Below are positions 26,174-56,564 of a stretch of 64,000 nt of DNA, piece by piece. This DNA is from Chrysomallon squamiferum (taxonomy: Eukaryota > Animalia > Mollusca): positions 13,516,001 to 13,580,000 of the forward strand of contig CM022665.1 of NCBI GenBank assembly GCA_012295275.1, read 5' to 3'. The notes below the pieces were generated by a model. It did no database searches. It saw only the letters and a program-made list of their open reading frames with translations, and was not told where the DNA came from. The first letter of the stretch is position 1; every line of letters starts with the position of its first letter. The translations under genes were made by a program, and so were the position numbers.

Positions 26174-28765
26174 TTTCAGAGGCCAATGTTTTTTTTATTC
26201 TTGCAGATGCTTTTAGCTTCATTCTTACAGTGGAAACCACAGTTTGCTGTTATAAGCAGCATCATTTAAAAGTTGTTAATTTATTATCATCTGTGATATT
26301 TGGAAAAAAATGAACCTGCACATTGTATACTTGATATTTTAAAAACAAGCCAAAAAATAAAAAATAAAAAATAATCATAATAATAAAAGATGAAACTACT
26401 GAAGAAAGAGAATCTTTTAAAATATTTTTCTGTGATGTTACTTATTTTTCATTATTCAGCACAGCATATGTATATATATATACTTTTTAAAGTGATAATG
26501 TGTTTTAAGAAAGAGGCTAAGTGAAATATAAATGTATTTTTGCATTTGTAAATAGATTAATTTTATTCTAGTAATTTTTTTTCTCCTATCTTTTATAGTT
26601 TAAGAATTGTGCATTATTAATATTGTTATATTTCAAATAAAACAAATAAACATTGAATTAAATTCTAAATTAATCCTATGGATTTGTTATATTATTTATT
26701 ATCTCAGTCTTGTTTGTTTTTTTGAATGAAAATCAAACCAAATGTTTGGGGGTGGGGAAGTCAGCATATTTAAATAACAGCTTTTATTATTTTTAACTCT
26801 TTTTTTGTTGTTGTTGTTGTTGTGTGTTTTCTTTTTCTCTCGCTCTCTCACTTTTTAACTGTCATTGCTGTTTTTTAATCTTCATCTTTTCTAGTATTAA
26901 AATGTGACAGCAGCAAGTCAATAAAAAATGAGGAGGCAGCCATTTTATTTATGCCTAATCTTTGATAATACATTTTGACAAAACATGTCCAGCCTCAAAA
27001 AAAAAAAAAAAAGGGCTAATTATTTTTAAAACATACTCAAAAACTCCTCATATAAAAGTTATAAAAATATATAATTGGATAGACAAGATAACTTTACCAA
27101 TGAAAGCAACAATGTTTTAGGGTTTGTTTACTCCACCACAATTATATTTCACCGATTCTTTCCAGAATCTTTCTTTTTTTTAAACAAATATATTATTATT
27201 ATCATTATTTTAAAGATTTTAAAATTATTCAGTATATTGCTATAAATATTTTATTAAAAGAAAGAATTTTTTTTGTAATAAATGAAGTTTGAATTGAAAC
27301 ATTTAAACAGTTTATCAAAAAATGCTGAAGAACATCAATAATAATTGATCATTTCTTTTTGTTGTTGTTAAAATAATAATAAGTTGAAGAATATAAATGA
27401 AAAGACAGCTATTTATTTATGATTAAGATGACTATAATCATTATTTTTTTTAATATATTTTATTTTTTTTGATGTTGTAACTTTGTGAAATGGAATTAGA
27501 AAGCAGTAATGTAATGTGCCTTCGTCATTTAACTATTGTATGTTTCAATATTTGTTTAAAGGAAAAAAAAATAATAAAAATTTGAAAATCAGCTTACATT
27601 CCACTGGTCCCCATTTCAATGAGGAACATGGCCCTTGCCTTGGCTCCGTCCCTGATGTGTCTTTAACATTCCGTCCTAATCTGATGGTCATTTGGAAAAA
27701 TGACTGCATTTGATTGGCCCTTCATTGTCCGTCCTATTATTTAAAAGTGCCCAATGGTGTTCTGTCAAGTGGTCTTAGTGGAGAACAATTTTGTTGTCTT
27801 TCTTCTTGGTGTTGTAAAAATTAATATCAAGGTAAATTCTCACTTGCTGCCTTTCTACATTTTATAGCAACTTAATGGTTTTATTTTATTAATATATTTC
27901 TTCTTCTTTTCTTTTCTGCCAATGTCTGTTGTGTAATGTATCAGTTTTCAAGTTTCAGATATTATTTTTCCTTTATGAAGGAAATTTATTAACTTAATGT
28001 TTTAAAAAGTATGGAGTATCTCTAGCTAGTGTTTTCCAGTAACATTCACATACTTTATAAAGATAATGTTATATGTAATTTGGTTTTAAAATTTCAGATG
28101 TGTGTGTATATGTATTTATGTGTGTATTTAAGCAACAATTAAATATATCTGTAAAAAAAAATATATATATAATATATATATTTTTTTAAATCAGAAAAAA
28201 AGAAGAAAAAGGTTCTTTTTTACACTTTATTTTTATCTGAATAATTTGGATTCCAAAACATTATAAGATATTTGTTTATTGACATAGATGTATATGCAGC
28301 TATACCTATAATCAGTACACAGTGTCTGTGTGTCTGATAATGTGTGTGAACTCAGAATAAATTTTTCATCATCAGTTCTTTGTCTTCTGTTGTCTTTTAT
28401 AACTATTTTGGTCAGACTAATAGTATTAAAAGTAGAAGACACTGGAATCATAACCAACTGAATATTCTAATTAAATTTCTAACATGGTAATATTACAATG
28501 AAAAACTAAATTTTGTTTTATTTATTTTTATTTGTTAATAATCAAGCTTGTTGCATTGTTTGTTCTTTTATGATAATTCTAAAGAACATATTTTAAAAGA
28601 ATCGAATGCATTGATTAACGTTTGTACAGGCCTACTGTCGATTAATATGTCATAATTCATGAAAGTAGCAAAATATTGTTTAAAATGTCGGAATCAACTT
28701 GAAAAGATTTTCCTTTTTTTTTTTTGCTTCTGATTTTTTCTTTTTCTTTTTTCCCCTCTAACGTT

Positions 28766-29549
28766 CTAGCAGTATAAGACATTGACTCTTCTGTCACGTT
28801 TCACCCTGTTGTAGATTTCGTTTTCCGTCCAAACATTACTTAGAATATTCCATCCGATATCCTTCCTTCCTGTAATTTGAAAGGAACTTTTAACAAATCC
28901 CGGATTGAAAAGACTCCTTATTTTAGACTCCGCCACAAGAGCTCTAGGGTGTGCATCCAAGAAGGGAAATAACTCATTTTGCGTTTTGGTAAATTCGTGT
29001 CTAGCTTCAAGTCTTTGACAGTCTGGACATAATCCAGGTCCAAATAAATCACAATGTATGGAGTTTTTGCTATGACACAAATCTTCATCATTGTTCATCC
29101 GAGAACAGGATGGCACATAATGCTGTATTTTCTGCGCCAACTTGAAGTCTGCAATTGAAATCTGTTTCACGTGAGATAGCATGAATCGTTCTGGTGGCTT
29201 ATTTTTCAGCATTGACCGACTTCGTCGAAGAGGTCTTGGACATTCAGTGGGTTTGGGGGCTTTCTCAATATTTGCATTGTTTCTATAATTTAAAACTGTT
29301 GGTTTCACATTACGATCATCAAGTTGCTGTGCCTTTTTGGCGTTAGCTTTTCGAATTTCTCCCATTTCGATAATTTTTCTCATAATATGGAACTCGTTTT
29401 CTGTACGTTTATGGGTGAACGCAGCGGATTCTCTAGGTGTTATTCCGAGTTTCCTCAGCTTTGGTCTGTTTTGGTGAACATCTGGAAGGGCATTGTAATC
29501 TTGTGGAGAGTTTTTCAGACTCTGCAAAATTCATGAAAAAGAAAAACTA

Positions 29550-29635
<86 letters not shown>

Positions 29636-30018
29636 GTTTAATTGTTTAATTATGTTAAATATATGATGCGCACCTATAATAAAATTTCGAAAATTATTTT
29701 TCCTTGAATTGTAAACTTAAAAAATATCTACTGTCTTATTTTAACTGAATTTTTTTTTTTTTTTTTTTTTTTTTAAATAATTACAACGCTAACATGTAGA
29801 AACTTTTCTTAAAATAAAAGTCCATTATAATAAATAAAATAAAAAAAATAAATAAAATTCGATTTTTAATAGTGAAATGGAAAGATAAATTCTTTCGAAT
29901 TTATTTTTTTCAAGTTACAATAGTTAAATATTACTTTTGACATATATCATACTCGAATGGTAATGAGCATATTTCGTAAAGACAGATTAATTTAGAAATT
30001 AATTCATTCGAAAAACGT

Positions 30019-30050
<32 letters not shown>

Positions 30051-30168
30051 AAGACAGCTTTTAAAGAAAGTCTTTTCTTTTTATTTATTTATTTATTTAT
30101 CTTTGAAAACATTCACAGATTCAACTTCAGTTTACCTTATTTTTGGGAAGGAGCTGCACAGTTTCCAT
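28766..30168 (-). CDS. Uncharacterised two-exon protein (~262 aa) with a Cys/His cluster
   Basis: 756-bp open exon 29521-28766 after a ttttgcAG acceptor (phase 0), with coding-like composition in AT-rich DNA. Putative first coding exon 30168-30136 (METVQLLPKNK|GTAAAC). Contains CHSKNSIHCDLFGPGLCPDC. No family recognised; the first exon is less certain. Confidence 0.65.
29554..29633. repeat. (CT)n microsatellite
   Basis: Visible run in the orphan gene intron. Confidence 0.95.
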
Positions 30169-31648
30169 TTCGTGTTGACATACTCAAAACCTCCTCATAT
30201 AGTGAGTTTTGCATACAAGAAATCCTCACACGTAAGTATTAGATTGTACACGGACACATCACATTTAATTTATACATACATATATCACACAACAGACGTA
30301 TTCAAACCAAAACGTTACTGAAAGCACAAATCCTTCCATTATATCACAGCTGAGTGGTTAGATGGATACTTAAATGGAACTAAATGGTAAAAGGGTATTT
30401 CTTTTGCTAAATAAAATAAAACTAAATGGTAAACAGGCATTTCGTTTGCTAAATAGAGCAATTTACAAAGGAAATGATTGTCAACTGAACAAAGAGGACA
30501 TTTGACTTACTTGACGTTTTTGTATATGTAGCGTCAAAGAATATGTGAAAGCTTTCAGGTTTGACATTCGCTCTTATATATTATAATACCCGAATAATCG
30601 TGTGTGTGAAGAATATAAGTAAAAACTGTTTGTTTGTTGTTATTGTTGTTGTTTCTTTGTGATGAGTATTCTTAACTGATAATCATGAATAAAAATGTTA
30701 ACGTGTCATCATTTCTATCTGTGTTTATCTATGTACCAGTCTGCATAGATGTGTGTGTGTGTGTGTGTGATTTGTTACATTCTTTCAAAGACTTTCATTT
30801 TATTTTCTTTCCCCATCATTTTTTATTTATTTTTCCTTCTTTATTTGTCGTTCTTTCGTTATAAAACCATAGACGTTACTTGATTTAAAATATATTACAT
30901 ACGTCTTTATTGCCTAAAAATAGAAAATTCGGACACAAGTTAACTAGTTTAGGAGACACTTTGTCACAAACAGTATAGGTGGCAACTGTAGTTATGACAT
31001 AAAGGTGTATTTACGCTCCCCGGTAACAGCCAAAGGTAACTAAAATGAAAATGCACGAAAAGAACTAGCAATGTAAGAACAGACGTTGATAATGGTTCAC
31101 AAACAGTTGACACGTAGTTATTTGAAAGGTACCTATAATTTGGCCAATGCAGTTTGTTAGCTTCCAGTTATGTTATCACTGTTTTTTCTTCTTCTTTTTT
31201 TTCTTCAGCATGTTATTAACCTTAGTCAATTATAAAATAAGTCAATTTTGAAAGTTCATAAAAATATGCTTTATTTATTTATTTATTTGTGAAGATAAAT
31301 ATATTAATTATTATAATTATTGTCGTTATCGTTATTATTCTTCAACAAATTCCTATATCAAAGAGAGCCGAGGAGGACACGCCATTCATCATGTTGCTAT
31401 TTCACCAGAGCACCACGTTAATAGAGAAGTTTCATTTTAAAAAAATTGAAAGTAAAAGTAAAATAAAAATGTTAAAGAATAATTAGTACAATAATCTTTC
31501 ATCTTATATTTGGTTATCTCTATATTAATGGCGTAAGTAGGACGGACATAACAGGGTACGTGTGTCATGGTTAAAAAAATAATAATAATAAAAATTACAT
31601 TGAACTTTTAGCCCGATTTTTATAATAATGTTAACAATAATAATAATA

Positions 31649-31697
<49 letters not shown>

Positions 31698-32668
31698 TAA
31701 TAAATAAATAATTTTTTGTTTTTTTTTGTTCACTATGCCATCCTTCCTGGTTGGATCGCTCCTCTCTTGCAGAGATTCGATCCCCGTTAATTCAGCTAAG
31801 CAGTATAATTATGGTAAGTTATTTATAACGAAATAATTCGATCTCGATTACCGAGTAAGCATTCATCTTGTACTTTTCATGGTGAAAACCTTCCAAACAA
31901 AAGGTTAATGGAAAAATGGTGCTGTTTTCATCCGAAGATTTCTGTCACAGAAACAGAAAAAAAATGCTTAGCATCTAAAAGCCTTTGACATAAATGAATA
32001 CACTCTAGTGAAGACATTAAACAAAACAAAGTTTTAACTTTCTATGTCGCCGTTATTCATCTGTGCGTGATATCCTTAAACATCAGAAATGCGATATAAG
32101 CTTTGTTTGTTGATTTCTATCGATGTCTTGTTTTGCGGCTGGCTACATTTTTGTTGAAAGGTGTTAACATTAAAATAACAATGACAACGTGAGGATGGAC
32201 AGTGAAACTGGATGGTTAGACTGGATTTTTTAAATTGTAATAGTCTAGCAAGGTAAGACAGTTGATCATTTTTTGGTTTCATAAAATCATATTTAACATA
32301 TATATAAACTTAGAAAAGTGTTAGAGAGAGTGAACAAAAAAATTAAAATAATAAATAAATGAAAAAATATAGTAAATTCCATTACATACGTTATATACTT
32401 TAAACGTTAAATAATAATAATAATAATAATATAATAATAATGTCCTTTACTGCATGGGTATTATTAGCAGACGTCTAAATTATTAATACAAATTATTAAT
32501 TTTAATTTATAATGGTTTAAATATTTAAATTTGTAAAAATGTATGTACTAAATGAAGAAAGTCATATTTGGATGACGTTATTAAGAAAAGATGCAAATTT
32601 AAATGGACTGAAACAACAGTATTTAATTTCAGGTGAATTTCACTGAGAGATAAGAACGCTGGTTCAAA

Positions 32669-35047
<2,379 letters not shown>

Positions 35048-37858
35048 AAAACAAAGTTTATTTCGTTTTAGAGACTAGCTTTGAAGACACCTTTCGTTCT
35101 TGTATAAAATTTTGAAGTAAAATCAATTATAAGTAATGTCAATGTTCCTACTAACAATATTACACAACTTGTATAATAAATAAATAAATAAATAAAATAC
35201 ATGACTATGGCTCATTCGAACGTCCTATATATATCATATACTCAGTAACCAACATTTTAATAGACTCGTGGACTCATTGGAAGTAAATACATTTCAAAAA
35301 CTGCTGGAACGACAGTCCTCACAATAAAATAGAACTGGCTGTGTCAATTTAACTATTCAGCCTGAGTAACTATCTTGACAACAAAATATATCCTTTAATT
35401 CTTTGGTTACGAAACCGAGAACCGAGCAGCTTTATGTTGTTGTTGTGACTGCACATATATTACATAGATAACTTGATTCTACATCATCAGTAAATGTCTC
35501 ATATCGATCAGTTTCTTGAAATTTTCCTTATGACTTCTCTATGAATAAGTAACCAAAGAAAAAGAAGACGAAGAAAGAAAGGAATATGGCTCCCTCCATA
35601 TATACCTTACACTGTTGTTACAGAAACAAATATAACAGTCACGTGGAAGAACACACAATATATCTGAGTTATATGTTCTCACGATCACGTGTACGTTTAA
35701 AGATTATAGATAATTTCGCCATTTCTTGATACCGACTATGACTAAAACGTCTATACTTTTGGAAGTTTAAATATTTATTTACAGCTACTCTTTTTGAAAA
35801 CGAATCATTTAGCAAGAAGAAATCATTTGGCACACAACATAAATCTCTGAATTCTGTATTCTAGACCGAATTTCGAACTTGGGGAGATTTGAACAGTTTT
35901 ATTAGGGCATACCTAGAATACCTAGACTATTTGTGCTTAAAAATAATTCCAACAATATGTAAATCTAAAGATTTCTGTATAACAGAATCTAGATCTTGAC
36001 AAAGTGACAACGAAGAGCGACTGAGGTCTTATTTTGTACATTAAAATACATTGTACGTATCTTCCATGAGACTCGAATGTATGCAGAACACATTGTTATT
36101 ATGCCAGAACACAAGTACAATGATTTAACTTGCATCTTTCAGGTTTCTTTTATTTCAGATACCTCACCTAGAAGCGATCGCTGTTCCTGCTTAACATAAA
36201 AACCGTTGTTACTTACTTAACCTCTCTGTCATCGCGACTGTTCACTTGCCTTTAGCAGTCTTCCTAAGGCAGAAGCTACAACATGACTGACGTTATCTCT
36301 AATGCAGAATACCACTATTTGTTTAATACTTATTTGAACAAACAGATAACTGTCCGAGTCTTTTAAACTATTTTCCCCCCACACGCTGGTTAGCCAAACA
36401 CTTGACCCGAGGAAGACTCTAGAGTTAAAAGTGACTCGCCCAACACAAAGAAGACAGGAGTATAAGGAGGGCTAGCCTATTTTGGTTTGCTTTGTTTAAG
36501 CATTACAGTTTATAGCAACAACCGTGTAGTAAAGACTTAGGAATAATTTCACTGGGTAAAAAAACACAGAAATAATAATAATAAATGAATGAATAAATGA
36601 ATAAATAAATAATAATAATAAATAACATTGTGTGCGAGCGTGTGTGCAGGTGAATATATTTACTACAGCAGTCAGATGTGAAAGAGAACAAGAGAATTCT
36701 GAAAAACATTATTATTAAATTTGATATTCAATCAGAACAATAGAGAGGTTGTTGCTAAACGTATACTAAATAAATACAACAGTATTAATAGTTATATATT
36801 TTATATAAATACACACACACACGTGGAGAGATAAAGCATGTATATTTAAATATTATATTGAGTATGAAAATCAAGACAAGTAGTAAAGGAGTAGGAAGAG
36901 ACAGCTGTTTAGAAAACAACTGATGTGTTTCTAAGTTATGGCAAGTAAGGGCTGTGCCCTAGGAGTTACCTGAAGGTTGGAGGGGGGCACTGACTTGTTA
37001 TTTATGAGTGTCAGATGCTTGAACAGGCGAACAACTGCAGTGCTGTGTTTTCCGTAAATGCCACTGGTGGAGAGAGAAAGCAAGATCAAGTATTTTTTTG
37101 TTTATATTAAAATTTAATTATTATTTATAATCATACAAATAATAATAATAATAATAATAGGGGAAGAACTAAATAGACAGAAATAATCATGACACACAAT
37201 GCAAATTAACGCCTTCCTGAACATTCATTGTTGTAACATAGCTCATAGTAAACCAGCGTAAGTGAACAACGCAGCCGTGACGTCTCAATGAAGCTTAACT
37301 GACGTATCCATCCACCGTACTTCCATATATGGCTAAAATCCCACCCACTCGTTTTTACGTGAGAACACGAAAAGATAAATAAACCACAACATGTACTATA
37401 TATATCACACATCCATTCACCGTGAAAGTAACAAAAGTAAGGTGACGGTACTTTAATCAAATTTCATTTCCGGCAGAAAGGTGACATATCATTTGTAGAT
37501 GGTAGAACTTCACGTCCGTCATGTATAAAATGATTCAAACACTGAGTAATACTCTGTTACTGAAGTGAGCTTTACACACTTTACAAAAATCGAATGCATT
37601 CGGACATTCCACTGTTACACGAAAACAAATTACCGTAACGAATCTGTTGGGGAATACAGCGTTCGGACGTAAACAGTAAAACGTCAGTTTCTAAATATTA
37701 AAGAGATTTTTTTTTTTTTTTTAAGTTTTTGTTTATAAGCATCTTTTCTCCGAGGAATGATGATAAATCGCTATATAGGTTTTTAGAAAATTATAACTCT
37801 GTGAAGTTAGAGTTACAGACTGTGAGAAGTCTCTGTATAGAATAAGTAATAACTGGTA

Positions 37859-37908
<50 letters not shown>

Positions 37909-38639
37909 TTGAATTTAGACGGAGACATCTACAGAATGTTGAAGTTTGTCTAAGGAAAGCCATCCAAGTGTGACGGAAATCGAATCTGTTCAAACTGCAG
38001 TGAACTGCTAATACGTAGCATAAATAAATTTCAGGTTTACGAAAATTATCCTGATTAATTAAAATCAAGAAAGGCCAAAGTAAACTGGAAGCTGGGAAAA
38101 AAGAAAACGAAAAGAAAAAAAGTAGCAGGAATTTAAAGAGACGACTAGTCTTTACTTGTTTGTGAAAGCTGTGTACTGTAAATGTCTTTGTTAATATCAA
38201 ACTGAGTGATCCACTGCTGCAGAAATATTGTAGTAAAGGCTGCGTGAAATTCCGAGACGGCCACAAAGAAACAACAACACAAAAACTTTTTTCTTTTTCT
38301 GATACTGCTAAGATACGCTTGAATGTTTTCGACGGTCTGGTTGTGGAGCCTAGTCTAGGGTTTTTTTCTATGTCAGAAAATTGATAACGTATACTCTGAA
38401 CTTGGAAATTAATCGAAAAAACTCCAGCTTAAAAAAACTGGATTCTGGAAGACTATTATACCTCTGAGTGGTTAAATCGTTGCAAGATAATGAAAGCTGA
38501 TTATCAGGTGTGGGAGATTCCTAGCAAGAGAGGTGACCGTGTTCACTGAAGAGTTCATTACAGGGGAGAGAACAGTGATAAAGAAAATATTAAAAATAAT
38601 CACGAGTATCAATCGTAGCATTCAAGATACAGACATAAC

Positions 38640-52207
<13,568 letters not shown>

Positions 52208-54824
52208 GAAGGGTATGTAAAATCCAAATCAAGAAGAAATACAGAACCTGAATCAACAAGGAATATAAAACCTAATTCAAGAAAGAACGTACAACTTAAA
52301 TCAAGATTATATTCAAAAACAAGCGACATAATTTAAAAGTAGGAATTTGAAAAAAATACGATTGAGACGTTCTAAACCAAAGAATTCGAAAATGAATGCA
52401 AGAAAAAAAATCTTGACCTAGCATAAGACGTCTAGGAATACACTCAAATTATTCGAAAAGAATTCATTTAAAAAAAAAAAAAAGTGTTGTTCTAAAACAT
52501 TTACCAGCATTAAATACAGAATATACGAAATTAATAAAAATAAAGGATTCGAGAACTAAAAACCAGGAAAAAATACACTATAAACTTCCTAGAAGAAAAA
52601 TTGTTGTTAGTACTGAGTTTTATTCATTACTTTGTTCCATTGCTCAAGTTATCCTTTTAGTATCCATTATTAGTGTGTGTTTGTGTGTGTTTGTATCTCA
52701 GATTTGCTTCGAAATTTTAAAATAGAATAGATTTGTAAAGGATGTTTTATGAGTGTAGACTGAAGATATTTATGATATTATATAAGAGGCATTTCCTTTG
52801 TCAGGGGTGGCTAGTGTAACGGTTAACATTAGTTTAATATAATGATTCTGAATCACTGTTTGATAGACAGGCGTACACAGACGAAGAGATGATAGTTACT
52901 GCCCAAGATAGTCGTCATTGTATACCGTAATTATTACTGATGAATCCACATTTTGTAAACAAGAACACAAAACATTTTCAAAATTATTTGTGTGCGCGAC
53001 AGGAATGGTTGAAAATAATAAATACTGACGTGTTTACTATAACTGCAGTGTGAATTAGATAGTTCATGATTTGTGCCCGTGACAGCCGTATTTGAATGTG
53101 ATACTGCAAGCAAGAAGTTTACCTCAGTTTCTGTAATAGGAATTGTTGTTTTAACAAACTCGTCTGAACACGGTTATCGTAAGCTGTAAAGTAAATAATT
53201 GTTTCATGGCCAGAAGTGTTAATTTCATTAGCTGTAAATATATCAACGGTTACGTTTTAAATGAAGATCATCAACATACGGTTAGTGCAATTTCCACGAG
53301 AAAGATACTGCATTAATAAATACTACGGGTATTTTTAGACCTTTTATTGTATCCCCTTTTCCACGTATTTTTATGAATACTTGTGTTTCAGTATACTATT
53401 TTATTAAAGTAGTTAAGGCGGCAGCACACAGTATAAATCCAAACTGGTCACAGGATTAAGTTTTAACGATATTAAAAGTTAACTATATATCGAAGTTTTT
53501 AAAACTTAAATAAATGATATATAATCCTCTCTCTCTCTCTTTAATTATTCAAAATGACATAAACGTCGAAATATAAACTTTGAACTTAATACTAATTCAA
53601 TTCATTATGTTTACACAGACAATCATAACACACTCATAATTATAATCAATTTCATTTATATTCGCATACATTTATAATGTACCAAATTCTCTGTTTACCT
53701 CCATTATTACTGAATAAATCACTGGAGTAATTACCAGTACAGCAGATTCTAGGGATGGCAGGAAGATTTATATTAAATCTATTTGTCATAAATAAGCAAT
53801 AAATAAATGAATATTTTCAACTCGTTTTTATCTGGATGTGTGTTCAAATCATTAAACTGGTATTTATAAAAAAATGTATTAATTTACATTCGATATTTAA
53901 TATACCTAACAAAATAAAACACAGATGTTGAATCATTCTGTTATTGTTCAACCTTTTTCCTTTTTTTATATATACCCGAAAATAAAATTCAAATTATCCG
54001 GTTGTGTGTTTGTTGTTGTTGTTTGTTGTTATTAACAAGAGAAAAATATTTAAAAGAAGTTTTCGTAACGGGCCAAACATGATTCCAGCAGATATTTAAA
54101 AAAATTATTTTGGATTTTTTCAATATTTCAATTTTTTGGAATTTAATTTTATTATTATTATTTTACTTGGTTTTCTTGTTGTTGTTATCTTTTCTTTCTT
54201 CATAAAAATAATTTAAAGTACAATTTCTACGATACGAACAAATAATCTAATGCAATTTTCCGCATTTTCCTTTATTTGTACCTTTTGACCAATACTTGAT
54301 AATAATGAACTATAATAAAATAACATGTTTTTCGGGATGACGTAACTTCATTTATCCTACCGTCATTTCGTTCCAAGAAATACAGAACAAAATAAATGAA
54401 ATTGTGAATACCACAATGATGTTGTGATTTTAATATGATTTAATACACATATAAAAATACGAATTATCGTACCAGTTCACAGTGTATTGTTACTAAATAC
54501 ATACCTATTACATACACATACAGATACACAAACACCTATTCTCCATTTCACAGGTTTCGCTAATGTATTGTATTAAAACTGTTTTTAATCGTTAACACCT
54601 CTGAACTCAATCACGTTTGTAAAACCGTAAACGTAGACAAATACCATCAATTAACGAGCACGAGTTATGTCCCTTCAGATTTCAAATACTGTTTGTCGTT
54701 TAATGCCCTTCTTTAATTTGGCGAATTGCAAACAGTTTGTTCATATAATTAATAAATATATCGAGTCATACAGTACGTGAATTGTGATTACATTTGACAC
54801 GTGGTAAAAAAATAGTCCATGTAT

Positions 54825-56564
54825 TTATTTGGATAGCTGCAGTGTTCGTGTAAGTTCCTTCAGCTGAATCTTGCCTTTGGTTATCAACATTTTGATAGCT
54901 TCCTTAAACATAAATAAATAAATAAATAAATAAATAATATATATAATTTAAATATAATGAATAATAACAACCTAACATAAGATGCTCTAAAGGCTAAAAA
55001 TGAACAACGAAGTGCAAGATCATTAATGAACGTTCATCTTTTTGTTAATAAATTATACATGCATTAATTATTTTATATGTATTTTGGATTATTATTAATT
55101 TCAATTATTATTAATTTGTTACTTTATATTATTCAACTTTTTTGTATCTAAATAAGAAAAGTTAACAAACAAACAAAAAGTCTATAGCAAGAAAAGAAAA
55201 GATGGAAAAAATTTAATTAACTCATTTTAAATGTTGTCTTGATTAAAAAAACTATGCATATATTACAAAATATAGAAGTCAATGTTTTCTACCCAGAATG
55301 AAGTTAGTGTGTATAAGAGAACTAATTGGAATGAAGGGTGAGTTTAACTAGGGCCCTATGAAGCTTCGATTGGAGTTGATTCAATTGTTCTGAATTCAGA
55401 ATTTCAAATGCTGCAATGTATGAATAGTTGGAAAAAGAGGGTTAAACTGTCCCGAAAACCCATAAAGTAAGAAAAAAGATGACATTTTTAAATGAAATTC
55501 GTATAAGTAACCTATTAACAAAATATTGTTGTTAGTATGTGTTTTTTTTTTTTAGTTTTCTAATAGTTGGTGGTTATTTAAACTTCAGCCTTCTGTAATT
55601 GCTGTGTGTACACCAAGTTCAGTGAATATTTATAATCATCAGTCTGATTTCATTTACTGCTTCATGTACTGTATCTCATACACACTGATTATTCTCCAAG
55701 GTGTCAAAATTTGAAAATTGATTCAATTCAAAAATTTTCAAATATCCAGTTCAATTTGATTCGATCGGAAAATTGAGATTAGCAGGGTACTAAGTGTAAT
55801 GGTCCAGTACCATCCACAGTAACTATGGGCAGCAGTCAGTAATGGGTTGTGATTCTGGCTAGACCCAACAGCTAGGCTAATGATCAAAATACAAAATATT
55901 TAGCTCACCTCATCAGTTTGATGTCTGCTGTTTTCAAAATCTTGCCTGGCCCATTTCCTAAGTTCTCGCCTCTGTTCTTCATTGGAAACTTGTCTGATGG
56001 TTCTCAAAATATCTCTGTACAGTTTCAAAACTTCTGATCGCAAAATAAACTGTAAAATACAAAAATACAGAAGTTTTTATTATTAGTAGTATTTATTTAT
56101 TTATTTTTATTTATTTGTTGTTGTTGTTTTTTTTTTTTGTTATTTATTTATTTATTTATTAATTAATATTAGTATTAAGGTAATATTAGTTAAAATAAAT
56201 TTACGAAATGATTCTGTCATTTTTTCTGTGGGCTGAATATGCAATCAGCAAACTGTGCTCCTTGATTCTTTCCATGAAATTTTCTGAAATTAGTTTTCTC
56301 CTCTACTTCTTCTTTACAAGGTTATAGGTCAAGCGGATAATCCCCTTTTCTCATAAACATCTCGAAAGAGTTACCGTTCTTAATCAACATTTTTTTCATG
56401 TTTAGAAACATAACTTAAAAATGTAACTAAACTGAATTATTTGTTTGCGATTTCTTGCTAATAATTGTAAAGAAAGTAAATTGGGTGAAAATGTATAGAT
56501 TATAACTAATAACGATTATATTTACCCGTTTCAAGGACATCGAACCAAAGTTTCCGGCTGACAT
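54825..56564 (-). CDS. LYRM2: LYR motif-containing protein 2 (mitochondrial LYR family), 85 aa
   Basis: Minus-strand exons 56564-56526 (MSAGNFGSMSLKR), 56049-55909 (FILRSEVLKLYRDILRTIRQVSNEEQRRELRKWARQDFENSRHQTDE) and 54902-54825 (EAIKMLITKGKIQLKELTRTLQLSK*), all phase 0 GT-AG. Collinear with remembered human LYRM2 (VLLLYRRILQTIRQV...WAREEF...MITQG..QLKELEKTL). Confidence 0.92.
55349..55792. mobile_element. Degenerate hAT-like MITE in LYRM2 intron 2
   Basis: Termini TAGGGCCCTATGAA / TTAGCAGGGTACTA are imperfect inverted repeats. Flanks AGTTTAAC and AGTGTAAT match 6/8 (decayed TSD). TTGATTC subterminal motifs occur at both ends. Confidence 0.5.

Noticed and set aside
30945-31075. RFX X-box-like half sites (TGGCAAC, GGTAAC, TAGCAA) upstream of the orphan gene
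   Set aside because: No complete palindromic X-box; short motifs are expected by chance.
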